From positions 6,572,001 through 6,636,000 of the forward strand of contig JANJGN010000034.1 of the NCBI GenBank assembly GCA_026770705.1: a DNA stretch of 64,000 nt. Direction: 5' to 3'. A model generated the notes under the pieces. The model did not search any database. It was not told the origin of the DNA and saw nothing but the letters and a program-made list of their open reading frames with translations. Shown here one piece after another: positions 1 to 12,424 of this stretch (position 1 is its first letter; each line of letters opens with the position of its first letter). The translations under genes were made by a program, and so were the position numbers. This DNA comes from Isurus oxyrinchus. Its lineage: Eukaryota.

Positions 1-850
1 GAATGTGCAATTGTGACAGGTGGACACTGTGATTCCACCATTTTGTGTATGTTCGACGAAAAAGTTGTCCACAATAAACAAATGAAAATCATGCTTTTTG
101 TGGCTATCCTGCAATTTGGCAGCGGCTCTTTTTGCCAAAGAGAAAATTCGATTAGAAAGCCAGCTTTAAGATAATGTTGCTTTAAGAAAATGTTCCATTT
201 GACTATGCACTTGAATGGAAAATTGAAACTGAAATTCGACTGAAGTCTGGCTGATCAGCAGTTGTTTCAGAAAACGCATTAGAATTCAACCCCGTTCACA
301 GTGTATTCCATAAAGAAATAAGCAGATTTGAACACAAGAATGGAAGAAATGGCTTTGCGAGGAGACATCAAGTCCGTTCTAAATTTTTGTACCATCCAAT
401 ACATTCATGATCATAATATTAAATACGAACATACCACCTTGGCCTATATCCCTTTATTCACCGGGAGACTAAAGTATGACTTTCACGCCTTGAATTGTCT
501 TCATGCATTGAACATCAACAAACTGTGATGAAGAAAATTCCAAAAAATACAACATTTTGAGTGAATAAAGATATCCTCTTCTGAGTCTCAAATGATTGGC
601 CTTGTATCCCGGGAATCTGGAACCCTGCTCCCCCGCAACTTCAGTGTTCAATATTTCCCCAATTGGGGAACCAACTTCTCACCGTCTATAATAACAACCT
701 GCTTTCAGTTTTTTTATTTTCTTGCATGCTTCAAGGAGAGCACCTCTCATGTTTCTAAACAAAAACGTAAGAAGTTGGACAGGAGTTCTGCTCCAAAAAA
801 CAGAGCACAATCTCACTGTATCGAATTCAACAAATCTTTTCATACTTCAG
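1..850 (+). pseudogene. Copy A exon (PFDY to MLGEE region, upstream of the glycosyltransferase domain)
   Basis: PFDY and FLFSCMLQGE motifs in one frame with several in-frame stops; ends at CAG|GTATCT (850/851). Confidence 0.7.
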
Positions 851-979
851 GTATCTTGCTTATATTAAAACTTTCTCAGGAATAAAATGGAAACCCATAA
901 GTTAGTTGTTTCCCTGTCATCTACGTATTTGATACTGTTTATAATCTACCTATCGTATTTCTCAATTTGCCCAGAGATT

Positions 980-1122
980 TATATTATTATTATCATTATC
1001 ACCATCATCATTATAATAACATAATTATTATTATTATGGTTAACTATAGTAGTGATAATAGTAGCAAGTAGCAGGAGTAGTTGTAGTAATTGTAGTAGCA
1101 TTAGTAGTGGTGGTAGCAGTAG
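980..1122. repeat. Degenerate (ATT)n/(AGT)n trinucleotide microsatellite
   Basis: attattattatcattatcaccatcatcatt...agtagtagcagtagt seen directly. Confidence 0.9.
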
Positions 1123-1229
1123 TCGGGCTACCTTGTTAAAATGTGGTGCAACTTTTAGTGACTCAAGCATTCATAAACTGAGATCACTTTGCACCTGTGC
1201 CTGAAAAGCGTTGGGCATTCATTATCTAC

Positions 1230-1925
1230 AAGAACAAGTTGAAGCCAACTCTCTGTAACATTCAATGACATTATCTGTTAGTCCCTTATATCATCGTTCT
1301 GGACAACGCAATCGTCCAGAAAATGAAGTGGGTCAGCCGTATGAATATTATGGCTACTAAAGCCTTTCAGCGCTAGGGAATGCATTTGGGAGTGTCTTTC
1401 GAAATTCTGTCCACGATTTACAAGGCACAATTCAGTGGTGTAATGCAATATGCTGCACGGGCCTTAATCCGTGCACCTCCAACAAACCTCAATAAGATTG
1501 ACCCCATGCAGGATATAGCAGACAGAAAGATCAGCATGCCAGACACCAATTTAAACTTTCACTCCCTGACGGTGGCAGCAGTGCGTAGCATATACAAGAT
1601 TCGTTGCTGCAACTCTCCAAGATTCATTCGATAACATCTCCAAGTTTGCTACCTAAAAGGAAAAGTCCTTCTGGCACATGGGACACCAGATGGCGTCCAT
1701 GTTATGTTACAATCCATACACACTTTTGACATGAAACTTTTTGCCCTTCCTTCTCTGCCGCTGAATCAAAATTCTAAATGTCAATTCCGAAAGCTGCCCC
1801 AACTGTTGTAGACACATTATTCTGTGTATGAAGGCCGCACCAGCCACACACCTTCTCAGGCCAATTAAGAATGTTAAACAAAACGTGGCCCAGGGTTGCA
1901 GCATGCAGATTCAATAAAATTAATT
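1230..1925 (+). mobile_element. CR1-group LINE, 5'-truncated decayed 3' end
   Basis: Similar to the 3' part of the 15480-18185 element (IYKAQFSGVMQY RT C-terminus; caccttctcaggccaattaagaatg tail). Confidence 0.75.
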
Positions 1926-1989
1926 GAATAAATCGGTCTTGCATGTTCTAAATAACAATTATTCGAAACAATTTACAAGACATTACATT

Positions 1990-3330
1990 TAGCAGGGTCG
2001 ATCTGTATTTGTCATTTGTTCCGAATCCTGGATGTTTATTGCTGTCCTAAAGCAACTTGTTGTACTCCTCATCAGTATTAATGATATCCAAGGATCGGTT
2101 TGCTCTTATCTCCACATTCATTTACAGTGATTTTGATTCCAAAGTACAACAGTTAGTTGCAAATATCAATAGTCACAACAGTTTCCCTTGTGAAAAACCT
2201 CCCCTCTTCTTTTCCAAATAAAATAACTAAATCCTCCGACTCTGTTTTGAAAGCACTTAACATCCGTCTTCTACTTTCAATAGGGAATCGACATCCTCTG
2301 GCGTTACTCAGGATGTAATTTTGGTCTAAATTTCCAAAGCATTTTTGAACATCCAGATCAAGCATCTCTCCCTCATTTCCATTGACTACTCGCCCTGTGC
2401 ACTGTGTTATTTCGAACAAACAGATTTCCCTTTGATATGAGTTTTACCTATTCACTCTTAAATTATTCGTTGCAAGTTTGTCTTCCACTGGCCCTAATAC
2501 TGATTGCTCATTTTCTTTTTGCCCTGCCATTAACTTCCAGGTGACTGCTCAATAATGCCCCAGGCAGATTTGCCCTGTACCCCTAAAATATTCAAATCAT
2601 TATTTGCCAGTCCTATGACACAACTTTTTTTTTACTTCAAACCAGTAATCATTTAAGTGCTTCACGTCTCTGCAGTATCTTACTTATATCTGGATCAAGT
2701 GGATCAATACTTTGCTTCTGGGCTGGTTCTTCCTCCGCCACCCACCCCCTCCACACCACCGAATTGCTTATGGATTCAGCACAAAGCATTTATCTATTTG
2801 TTTGTTAACCGTACATAGTTGCTCATCTATTCTTTCAATATCATATATAGCTCTTCTATCTCCTTCGTAAATAGGGAGTGCAACAGTTAGTTAAAATTTC
2901 GACCATCTGTCTATCGTTGCACTTATTGTTAAGCTGCCCAGCCATTCTCCACCCTCTTGCACCCATTGCCTTTTAAAAAAATCAATGCTAAACTTTTGTA
3001 GTCAATCTGTCTTCCAAGAAATTTTTTGGTTCTTAATATTTTGGAATCCTGTTTTCCCACGCAATATTATGTTTAATATGATTCTCTCTGAACAATGACC
3101 GGTCCTCTTATGCCTTTCTTCATTAATGGAGTGTCAGTAATGTTTAGGTTATTATATCCTTTAGTGGAAGGTAATTCACTGCGCTCTGTTAAACACTATT
3201 TCATTGGTTTCCAAATGTTGTACTATATCGTCCTCTGAGGAAGTTGCTGTCCATGTATGTTGTTCAAGACTTATTCCAACCCACTCAATATTCCCGTCTC
3301 TCACTTGCATAAATAGGGCTTTGAACGCAC
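1990..3330 (-). mobile_element. Decayed CR1 LINE fragments
   Basis: Pyrimidine-rich + strand text typical of antisense CR1 ORF2; minus-strand ORF 2153-2419 is RT-like linker sequence. Confidence 0.5.
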
Positions 3331-4419
3331 TTCTGAGCTTTCCAGTTACAACTTTAAAGGATATTTTACCCCGTTCACAGTTGCTTGCATGTGGAATAAT
3401 AAGACAAAAAAGACGGATTCGAAACCTTTAATCTTTTCAATTTGTTTATCTTTCCAAAGATGCTGCCAGGCTGCTGAGTTTTAATCCCTTTCTCTGATTT
3501 TCCTGCGTGCATCTCGTCCTGCTTTTACCTCTCTTGACCCCCACTATTACCTCCTCATTGGTAGATAGGACACTGAATCCCCGTTTGTGCGTTTGTGTGC
3601 GCTTGTTTTAAAATCTAGATGGGAAATGAGCTTGTACACATTTTAAGATCTCGACTTCTTCATTTTTTTCTGATTTATTTTGTCTGCATCTTCTGTACAA
3701 TTAATATCAAGAGGTGAAACAATACCATGTTTATGCCCCTACAATTTGTTTTTCTCCATATCTGAATTATCATGAATATTTATTCACCAACCTCCATTTC
3801 ATTATTAGTTGACAATTAGACTACAACTGTTAGAGTCATTGTCTTTTTTTAAAAACATTCTCTATCCATATGGATTTGTGGCTGCCTTGCCTATAGTTGT
3901 GTCCCTTCCTCTACTGCATTAGGCCATATTTAATACTACAGATGCACTGCTTGATTGGTATATAGGATATGTTCATTCGAACTATGTCACACACAGTAAT
4001 AATTCATAATTATGATATTTCCAATGCCATATCACCTTAATCCATATAATGATTGGTAGTCTCCAAAGCATGGAGTTTCATCTGCTTCCATAGTTTGATC
4101 CTGCGGCTGCATGTTTAGCTGTACAAACAATTCAACTTGTTTAAACAAATTTCCTCTCATTTTATAAACACCAGTTTTATAGTTCATTTTGTTCCTATAA
4201 CGTCCTTTCTCTCCTTTACATATTGCTTTCTTCCCTAATCGTTTGATATTTAGGCTTCATATGCTCCATGTATATCCATTTCTTAATCGTACTGGATTAA
4301 AGTTGTAGCCACATAAGCATTTATCGTTTTTGTAAAAACCACGTATCACATTCCGCTTCAGGAGGAGTCTATTAAACCTGCCTACGTATTTTGTGTCCAA
4401 GAAAATCCGCAGTTTTCTA

Positions 4420-4787
4420 TGGTGGTGGCATAGTGGTGATGTCACTGGGCTATATATTGCAGAGACCCTGGGGACATGGGTTTGTATCCCATCAAGGCAG
4501 ATGGTGAAATTTGACATCGATAGATGAATACAAATATGGAATTAATGTTCTGAAGATGTCCATGAAACCATAGTCGATTATTGATTATAAAAACACATCT
4601 GGTTTGCTAATGTACCTTGATGGAAGGAAATCTGCTGTCCTCACCTGGTCTGGCCTCCATGTGATTCCAGACCGATGGTAATGTAGTTTGCCATTAAATG
4701 TCCTCTGAACAAGCGCAATTAGGGTTGGCCAATAAATGCTGGCCTAGGCAGCGATACCTGCATCTCACGAACGTGTACAAGAACAAG
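4420..4787 (+). mobile_element. tRNA-derived SINE sharing its 3' tail with the CR1-group LINE
   Basis: A-box-like ggtggcatagtgg; B-box-like gggtttgtatccc; body ggaaatctgctgtcctcacctggtctggcctccatgtgattccagacc; LINE-like tail gcaattagggttggccaataaatgctggcctaggcagcga. Confidence 0.8.
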
Positions 4788-5174
4788 AAAACCTCTGTTC
4801 TCCACCCGTCCCCTAGTCAACTATTAGTCAACTTTTCATCAAGCTCTACGGATAATGCGATTCGTTCCTGGTTTGTGGAAAATCGGGATAATAGATTATT
4901 CGTTAAACGTGGAGAAATAACTTCCCACAGTGCCCCAGGTGTGGTTTCAGAAGAAATCACTGCAATTAGAGAAAGAAAACATTATTTTTGAAATCTGACA
5001 CATTTGCATTAACGACTACAATGTGATTTCCCTTCCTAACTGCTTGATATACTGGCATCCTACTTTCCTTATGCGAGCCAAGTTCCTCAGAGATAAAAAC
5101 AATTGGAGATTCACACCTTTCTAAGATCTGTTTTTTCTATTCTTTCTCCCAACATTTTGGCAAAACATGTATAG

Positions 5175-5717
5175 GAGAAATGCTTGTTATAACGACAACA
5201 GAAGTGATGCATTAATATGGCATTGCACGTTTGCAGGAAATCAGTTGAAGCATGTTGGAAATGACGATTGGGAGACCAGGGACCGGCACGCAACTCATTT
5301 CTCCTGAGGCTGTCTCCTGATCTAAAGTATTTGATAAAACCATTTTAATTGAAACCAATTACTATGCTTGTTTCAAGCATCTTAGTTTTCTTATTAAATA
5401 CGAAAAAAAGGCCTGTCCTAAATTATGTGGGAGCTGATTATCACTTTATACATAATTACCACAACCAGGAAGAACAAATCTATTGCAATTGCAAATAGGT
5501 GGACAGGGCAGCTGTCAAATGGCAATGATGGCCTCAGTTTAAATATCTCTTTGGTGCTGCTGATGGATTTTGATCGATTGACTTTTGACCTGAGACCACA
5601 AAATAATGTGGTTGAAACCTGAGTCACATAGATAGATTACTCTGATCGGAGATGGTGAAAGGAGAAGGTGGTTGAGGCAGTGTTTTTCTCACCTAGTTGG
5701 TATATCACAGCAAACAG
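5175..5717 (+). pseudogene. Copy A exon (start of the TAGT glycosyltransferase-like domain)
   Basis: Pyrimidine tract and TAG acceptor at 5174; KSIAIANRWTGQLSNG...VFFSPS resembles KSPTFTPTTGRHEHG...LVLPS; donor AG|GTATCT. Confidence 0.55.
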
Positions 5718-6092
5718 GTATCTATTACAACGTTGCAGCAGACGATAAAAAAGGAAAGCAATGCAAGTGAAGGGTTAAACAAGGAGAGCACAGGCTGTGC
5801 TCAATCATATTTAGTACAATTGTGCAACTATCCTTTGAGATGTTTGGCACTGCCTGTTTTTTTAAAAAATATTATTAAGAACGTTCATCTGACTGAAGGT
5901 CTCTGGGGAGTCCACACCCAACAGACTTCTCAGGAGGCTGATCACACTTTAACACCTCTGAGAAATTACAGTGCTACAGCTGATGCACGCCAAAACAAAC
6001 AGCAGTGCTAAAAATGAATTAACCCATAATATGCTAAAAATAAAACAGCAATTCGCTCTGTCTCTCTGGGCTAACAGTTTTTTTTTTGGCAG

Positions 6093-6376
6093 AATTCTAT
6101 GTGTGTATGCAATTTCGCTGAAATTAGTCCTCAATTAATGAGATACACTGCAGTGAATCAGACGGAGAAGAACGAAAACATTATGAGAGTTTGAGAGGAA
6201 AACAGCATGAAAACTGGGCGCTGGAATGTTCAACAATAACAGATTTAGGTGACCACAGATATCTTGAAAAACCTTCGCATCCATGGCGTTAGTCCTTGCC
6301 AGGTCGATCACTGATATCATAGCAATCAATGGAGGTTGCTTTGCGGAACATGACTCATTGATGGAGTTTGGAAAAG
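6093..6376 (+). pseudogene. Copy A exon (IKEL...WPF..DD region of the glycosyltransferase)
   Basis: ttttttttggcag acceptor and AAG|GTAATA donor; INEIHCSESDGEERKHYESLRGK resembles IKELSYHNLELERNRQEELGIK; frameshifted. Confidence 0.6.
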
Positions 6377-6619
6377 GTAATAACTGTTTCTGGTCAAGTC
6401 AAGGAAAAAAGATTAACAACGTATTTCAGTTTTTGCCCAAATGTTTAAGAACACAGCTGTTAGCAGGTATCACAAGTTACACAGTGATAATCCTGATCCA
6501 CGGCTTTCCCAAACGAGGACAGTATTCTACTGGCCGCAATAAGGATATATGGTCCTTTCCTACAAGCCGTTGCATTAACAGAAGAAGGATTAAACAAAAA
6601 AGTATTACTGTTTTTGCAT

Positions 6620-7040
6620 ATCTTGCCGTTTCGGGGGAGACCAACATTTATTTCCGATCACTATTTTCCCTTTGGAAGGTGGTGCTGAGCTGACTGCTTG
6701 AACTGTTGCAGTCCATGTGCTGCAGGAACGTTCACAGTACCGATGGGGAACAACGTGCTGAATTTTGATCTAGTTACAGTGAAGGAAGGGTGATATAATT
6801 CCAAGTCAGGGCGCTGCGTGTCTGTGAAGATAAGGTGAAGGTGCTGGGGTTTCCATGTATCTGCTTTCCATTTCCTTAAATGTGCTAGAGGTCGGCGGTT
6901 TAGAAGATTTTGTCGAAGGACCTTGCTATGTTACTGAAGTGCATCTTGCAGGTGGTTCACATTGCTTTCATTGTGTGTCGGAACTGGAGGAGGGGAGCTG
7001 GCAAATGGTGGATAAGATGCTAATCTAGTGGGTTGCTTAG
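6620..7040 (-). mobile_element. CR1-group LINE 3' fragment, antisense
   Basis: cccttttggaaggtggtgctgagctgactgcttgaactgttgcagtcc is the reverse complement of the family tail. Confidence 0.75.
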
Positions 7041-7275
7041 CCACAGCAACACAAGCCCCTATTTATTTGTCTCGAACCGTTCAGTTTGATTTCTAGGATG
7101 TGTCCATGGATAAACTCATACTACTTGATCTTTTACGGGTTGAATTGTTGTGAACAAGAGCATTAATGAGGTGTAGTGAGCGGACATTGCACCGGCAAGA
7201 GTGATCAGACAATCATGCCAAATTCCTGCATGGAGACGAAAGTGAGCATCAATATTTCTGTTCGTCACCACATAG

Positions 7276-8975
7276 GCAAATTAAAGGCAAAATCGATGCA
7301 CTCTCTCCAACAATAGTGTTACGTTCCTAAGTATCTCCCGGTTCTACAGCAAAGCACTCACTATTGCTCTGACAAGACGCTAGGTCTGTCGAGTGTTGCC
7401 AATAGCAGCAAATCATTGGCCAAATAAATGACACTAAAAGGAAAAGTCATGTATGTTAAGATTTGAATGATAAATACACAGGTTTTTTCAGTGGAAGCTT
7501 CAAGGAGTCAGCATGAGCTGAATAGAGGCATTGATCTAATTTCTGCAGACGTGCCATCGTACAAGAAATCCGTTCTGCTAGAAGAAAATGCAGAATTGGT
7601 GGGATTCGAAACCTGAAGAAAGAAGAAACAAATGATTGATTTGAGGAACATTACGTGGAGGTCCTAACTTCCTCCATGCGAAAAGCTTATGCCAAGATAA
7701 ATTAGGTGCATTCCCTGATGATAAACCGACAAATGCTGCATATGGGGAAATTAGTTAGATCCATAGATAAGTGAAGTTAAAAACGCACTTTTGCAGACCT
7801 CAGCAAGTCGTTCTATACGTTGACTGAGGGCTGAACGTGAAATGTATTCTTTATATTGGGGTGAAGTCCGATGTTCCTCAACATTCTCAAACAACAGTGT
7901 GAAAGCCAGATAGGCCATGAAAAGATAGGAAGTAAACGTTTTGTTCTGCTAGTGTAACAGCATGTTTTGGAAGCAGCCTTTTACTCCATTTCCTTAAGCA
8001 GCATAATGGTTAGGCAACGCTATCCTTGATAGAGCGTATACACAATCGTGTCCGAAGAGATGGCAGTTTCTCCAAACTGCGACCACTAATGTTACACTCA
8101 AAAACCAGAGAAGAGCATACTCTAGAACTTCTAGTTTCCATCATTTCCATTTTCCAGGCAAATGGAATCAAGGCTTACAGATCCTTTTAAACCGGGTTTT
8201 TAAGGCAGCAACTGCATTTGTCCAAACTATTATCTGAAAACCAAGTAAATGTGTCGAACAACCGCCCGAGGAAAATATGAGACACCAATAATCAACATTG
8301 ACTGAAGCAAACTTAATTCTATAGACCAGTTCACCAATCATTGTAGAATTATGTCCAATAATGACACTGTCATCACGGAATAAAACAATTCGAGTTCCAA
8401 ACACAGCCCATCCTTTGGGCGCCTCTCAAAGCCTACCCTACGAAAACATTCACTGCGCGTTTCTAAAACAAAATTCATGCAGAAAATTTGTCATCTTGGC
8501 CCTCTTGAATGCGTCAGAATCACGTGCGCTGCACAGAAAACACAGCAACAGCTCGAACGCCGACATTAAAGTTGTATCTCCTCCAACAATTGCAACCTTA
8601 CCAGAATATAATGCCCTATCTGAAAAAATCAACCTTGTTAGGCAATGATAAATGATGCGAATGGAAGTTTGCAGATTGACAAATGCAATGTTTCCAGTGA
8701 TATATGATTCAATGCATGCCCACGGTGAACCATGTAAGCACTCAGGCAACTGCTGAAAAGACAAATCTCACCGGCGTTCATTGGCCGACGGAAGCAGAAG
8801 ATTACACCCAAAGCCAGCTGACACAAAGAAAAATGAAATAACACAGAATACATTACAAGTTCCAAACAAAGCAGCACAAGCTGTGAAAGGAAAGCACAGA
8901 GGAAGGAGGGAGCCCAGAAATACAGTCACCCCTTTGAAAGATGAATTTTTGTACCAAACCTGCCTATGTCCCTGA
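7276..8975 (+). pseudogene. Copy A terminal exon (end of glycosyltransferase, GREB1 C-terminal domain, then ~270-codon extension)
   Basis: CATAG acceptor at 7275; GREB1-like motifs 7495-8170, then a stop-interrupted frame continuing through ORFs 8361-8648 and 8781-8975. Confidence 0.65.
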
Positions 8976-8999
8976 AATTGAAGAATTGGCCCCTTCATC

Positions 9000-10365
9000 T
9001 CGAACAGTCATGCCAGCATGATTTGTTTCTTTACATTCACTAAAATAATTTATTTCACTTTATGGAATGATGGTCATTCATGTCCACGTATTTCCTCAAA
9101 GACAATTGGCCCACTTGGCACACGTCACCCTTAATCACTACGTCCAGCAGTGCCTCCGTTCTTGATGAATTGTAAGTAACCAGATCAAGGAAGTTCTCCT
9201 GAACAAGTTTCAGAACCTGCACCTTTCTAAGTCTACAGTGTAAACCTGTCCAATCTATACTTGAGTGCTTAATGTCCCCAACGTTAACAAGGAATATTTC
9301 TAGCATGCCTCTAATTTCCCTGCGTAATTCACTCTCTATCTCTCTGCATCACCATCTGTGGGTCCATATAGTAAACATACGAGCGTAAATATACTACTGC
9401 TGCTTCTCATCTTCAACAAAAGTGATGCTGTCCATACCAGGTCAAGTATACCCTTCTTTACAACAATACGGTGTTTTATCTAATCAGTATTGACATACAC
9501 CCTCCCATTTGTTGCTTCCCCATTAATTGATAAACACGTTATATCCCTAAATATTATGCATACAGGCTCGCCATCTGAGGTAACGTTCATATTTTCGTCA
9601 TCATCTTATTCACCTTTGACGATTTATGCTCGTAACTCACCTACCTTCCTCTCCACTGATATTTTTTTATCATATAGATGGACTGCAAACCTGTATTTGC
9701 ATTGGCTCATAGTCCTTCTTCATGGGCCCCACGTAAAGTAGTGTTCAGTTATCTGCCATTGTACAATTCTCCCAATTTTACCCCTTATTTCTCCATTATT
9801 CATCTTTTGCCAAAAAAAATTGTTACAGCATAATAATCACCACGAACCCCACCAACCACACAAACGTAGTTCTCCTGAGGAAAAGTGGATCAATTCCATT
9901 TCTGTGCATGCCTGTCCTTTCGAATAGATGTCACCTGTCCAATCACTGGTTCTAATGCACCAAAAATAAATGTTCCATCGACCTGCAGATTGCACCAAAC
10001 CACTCGTTGATTATTCCCAGCTTCTGGTTTCTGCACGTTCACGTGCAGCACCAGGCATACCAGGGATTCTTCCATTTGAAGTGATATATTTTTCAGAAAC
10101 GCTGTAATTAACGAATATCTGGCCTAGGGCGGCAAAACCTGTCCTGGCTACGTTTTTCATATTGGCTTGTTCAGCAAGTTCTTACTCGCTTCCCTCTGCA
10201 CAACATTGGGACCACTTTCTCGTGTCATTTAACCAAGCAGTAGGGAGGAACCTTTCCATACAGGCTCACATTGATCTTTACCACAACAGGTATTTGTCGC
10301 TTGAGTGGAATTTTCCTATAATGTTGAATCCGCCTGACCAGTTGCTTGAACTTGGCCATAACTAG
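9000..10365 (-). mobile_element. Decayed CR1 LINE (endonuclease/5' region)
   Basis: Minus-strand ORF 9055-9306 (VGDIKHSSIDW...VQENFLDLV...RTEALLDVVI...NDHHSIK) matches CR1 APE motifs GDFN.P.IDW / LLDLV / SDH. Confidence 0.75.
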
Positions 10366-10404
10366 ACTCTTTCAGGGCTCTGTCATTCCCAGCAGCCTCT
10401 AATG

Positions 10405-10600
10405 NNNNNNNNNNNNNNNNNNNNNNNNNNNNNNNNNNNNNNNNNNNNNNNNNNNNNNNNNNNNNNNNNNNNNNNNNNNNNNNNNNNNNNNNNNNNNNNN
10501 NNNNNNNNNNNNNNNNNNNNNNNNNNNNNNNNNNNNNNNNNNNNNNNNNNNNNNNNNNNNNNNNNNNNNNNNNNNNNNNNNNNNNNNNNNNNNNNNNNNN
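10405..10600. other. Assembly gap (196 N)
   Basis: Run of n. Confidence 1.
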
Positions 10601-11731
10601 ATTCTGTCAGTCAGTGTTATTAAGGATGTTCACCTAACTATTTTTTGAAATATGCATGCATGTGGGCTGGACGTTTCCTAAGATTTAGTGTCCTGGAACA
10701 ACTAATCACCCCCAATGATCTGCAATGGGATAGTTGCCTCTGAACCCTTGAAATCTTGAGCTCTCCCTGGAACAGCTGCAGGCACATTAGTCACACTTGG
10801 TCTCCCAAACGTGATGTCACCTAAAGCCCCCAATGTCTCATGATGTTGTCCCACTCGAATCTGTTGTTTGTGGACAGGTTTTACTGGCGCTCTCGGGCCT
10901 GGTCTATTACCCATTCCATGCTGTGAACTTAATTGAAATATCTTTAACTATGTGCTACTTAAATATGCAAATTTTCCATTTAGTAAATAAGGTTTATCCA
11001 CCGGATGTTCTGCGCCAGCTATCATAACCTTAAGGAAGGATATTTGTCATCCTATAAATTTTGTGATATTCGCAAGTCGGGATGAATGCCTTCATCCAAT
11101 ATATATAGTGTTTTGCCCAGCCTACATCCTGTTGCAATGCATGCAAAAATTATGTTACTGTCTACTTATTGTCTCTATCTTAACCATGCATGCATATGTG
11201 ATATTCGCTTCGAAGCTTTATGTAGTAACAAGTTCTATATTCCAACAGCTCTCTGCGTCAACAAGTCCTCCCACTTGTAGTCCTCACTAATGTATTTAAC
11301 ATCGATTAGCTTATGTAAATGAGCGCTAAATTTTTGCACTTCACATTTTACCTACTTTCATATGTTGTTGCTTTCTGTATTATATTTAATAATGTTTAAT
11401 ATAGCAAGTGGGAGACTCAGCCTTCTATGGGGATAAAAAATATGAGCAATAATTATTTCTCGTGTGGGAGGAGGTGGTGCGGTGTGGAACTGCTGATAGC
11501 TATAATCTCTCAGTGTTGGCCTCAACATTGTGGATTTAGTTGTTCCTTCATGTTTTCAATTTCATCTCTATCATATTTGATTTTGACAAACTTACGCTAG
11601 AAAATCACATTGGATGCTTACAAATGCATCATGCAGGTTTAACATCACGTTATTTGCTTCAGGATTCTATTTCCCATGGAATGAACTCTTGCTGGATCCA
11701 AGAGTGAGTTTATTTTGTGCGGAGATTACGC

Positions 11732-11890
11732 CATTGCAACATTCCTGCCTCCGAGCCAATATGCTCCATTCAGTTAGAGAGAAAGTTGCATTATAATGTT
11801 ACTGAAGTGCTCGAAGACGCGAATTCCGCCTACTTAATCGCCATGTTCATCATAGCTGCTTCGAAATGTAACTGATAATTCATTTACCAT
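11732..11890 (+). pseudogene. Copy B first coding exon (GREB1 N-terminus; start codon decayed)
   Basis: gccattgcaac in place of MGN; CNIPASEPICSIQLERKLHYNVTEVLEDANSAYLIAMF~[36 protein letters not shown]. Confidence 0.65.
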
Positions 11891-11945
11891 GTATATGTTG
11901 CAATAAAATAACCTCCGTTCATTTTATTTTATATATGAAATGCAG

Positions 11946-11981
11946 AAATAAAGCAACTAATGCAGCAATTAGACGAATGCG
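11946..11981 (+). CDS. 36-bp phase-1 coiled-coil micro-exon (E)IKQLMQQLDEC
   Basis: tgcag|aaataaagc...gaatgcg|gtaaga; stop-free; symmetric phase 1. Confidence 0.65.
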
Positions 11982-12424
11982 GTAAGAAAAGAAATTATGA
12001 ACTTATTTACGGTCGAAATTAGATATGTCTTAGCAGAAAACAAAGTCTAGCCGCGGAGCCAGGATTTCCAATTTCACTTTGAATAATTGATAATGCAACA
12101 AACCATCTCACATAGTTAGAAGCAATTATATGACTTTCCGCAAACATGTGAAACCAAGTTCAATCTCTGTCTTTCCAACTGTCACATCCAACTTAACCAT
12201 TTTGGACGTTCAGTCTGATTGAGGGACAGCTATATTCCCTCTGACAGCCACGGATATTTTGAAGCCTGACAAGGCACACGACAATGTCCGCTCTCTCACA
12301 CGGGTCACGCAAGCTCTGAATTAGCCACAAATTAGCATCTTGAAGTAGTTATAGGAAACAACAGACAATATTATACTTCAGATGATGTGTGGTGAAAATA
12401 TAGGTCGTTGAGTACATGGAAAGA

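Larger units (their letters stand above)
1..8975 (+). pseudogene. GREB1/GREB1L-family pseudogene, copy A (3' half; 5' part lies upstream of the window)
   Basis: Four exon-like islands translate, with stops and frameshifts, to segments colinear with the human GREB1 C-terminal half: ENVPFDY~KKLPFDY (186-206); VYNNNLLSVFLFSCMLQGEH~LYESTLHAFAFSYSMLGEE (684-743); KSIAIANRWTGQLSNG~KSPTFTPTTGRHEHG; INEIHCSESDGEERKHYESL~IKELSYHNLELERNRQEEL; KKKQMIDLRNIT~KKQIVVGGHRSFHIT; LMPR*IRCIP/PDDK~VVPAQYICAPDSK; VLYVD*GLNV~VLSVDCYLNL; HFLKQHNG*ATLSLI~FLKKFHFLKGATLCVI; RWQFLQTA~WQF..FQTA. By-eye comparison from memory. Confidence 0.75.

Noticed and set aside
11663-11703. 41-bp exon-like segment with good splice sites (GFYFPWNELLLDPR)
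   Set aside because: Not phase-compatible with the following phase-1 micro-exon and too close to the copy B start to be spliced to it; could be UTR, unsupported.
12190-12402. Possible copy B exon (YYTSD vs GREB1 CCTTD)
   Set aside because: Match too short to support, although the position is plausible.
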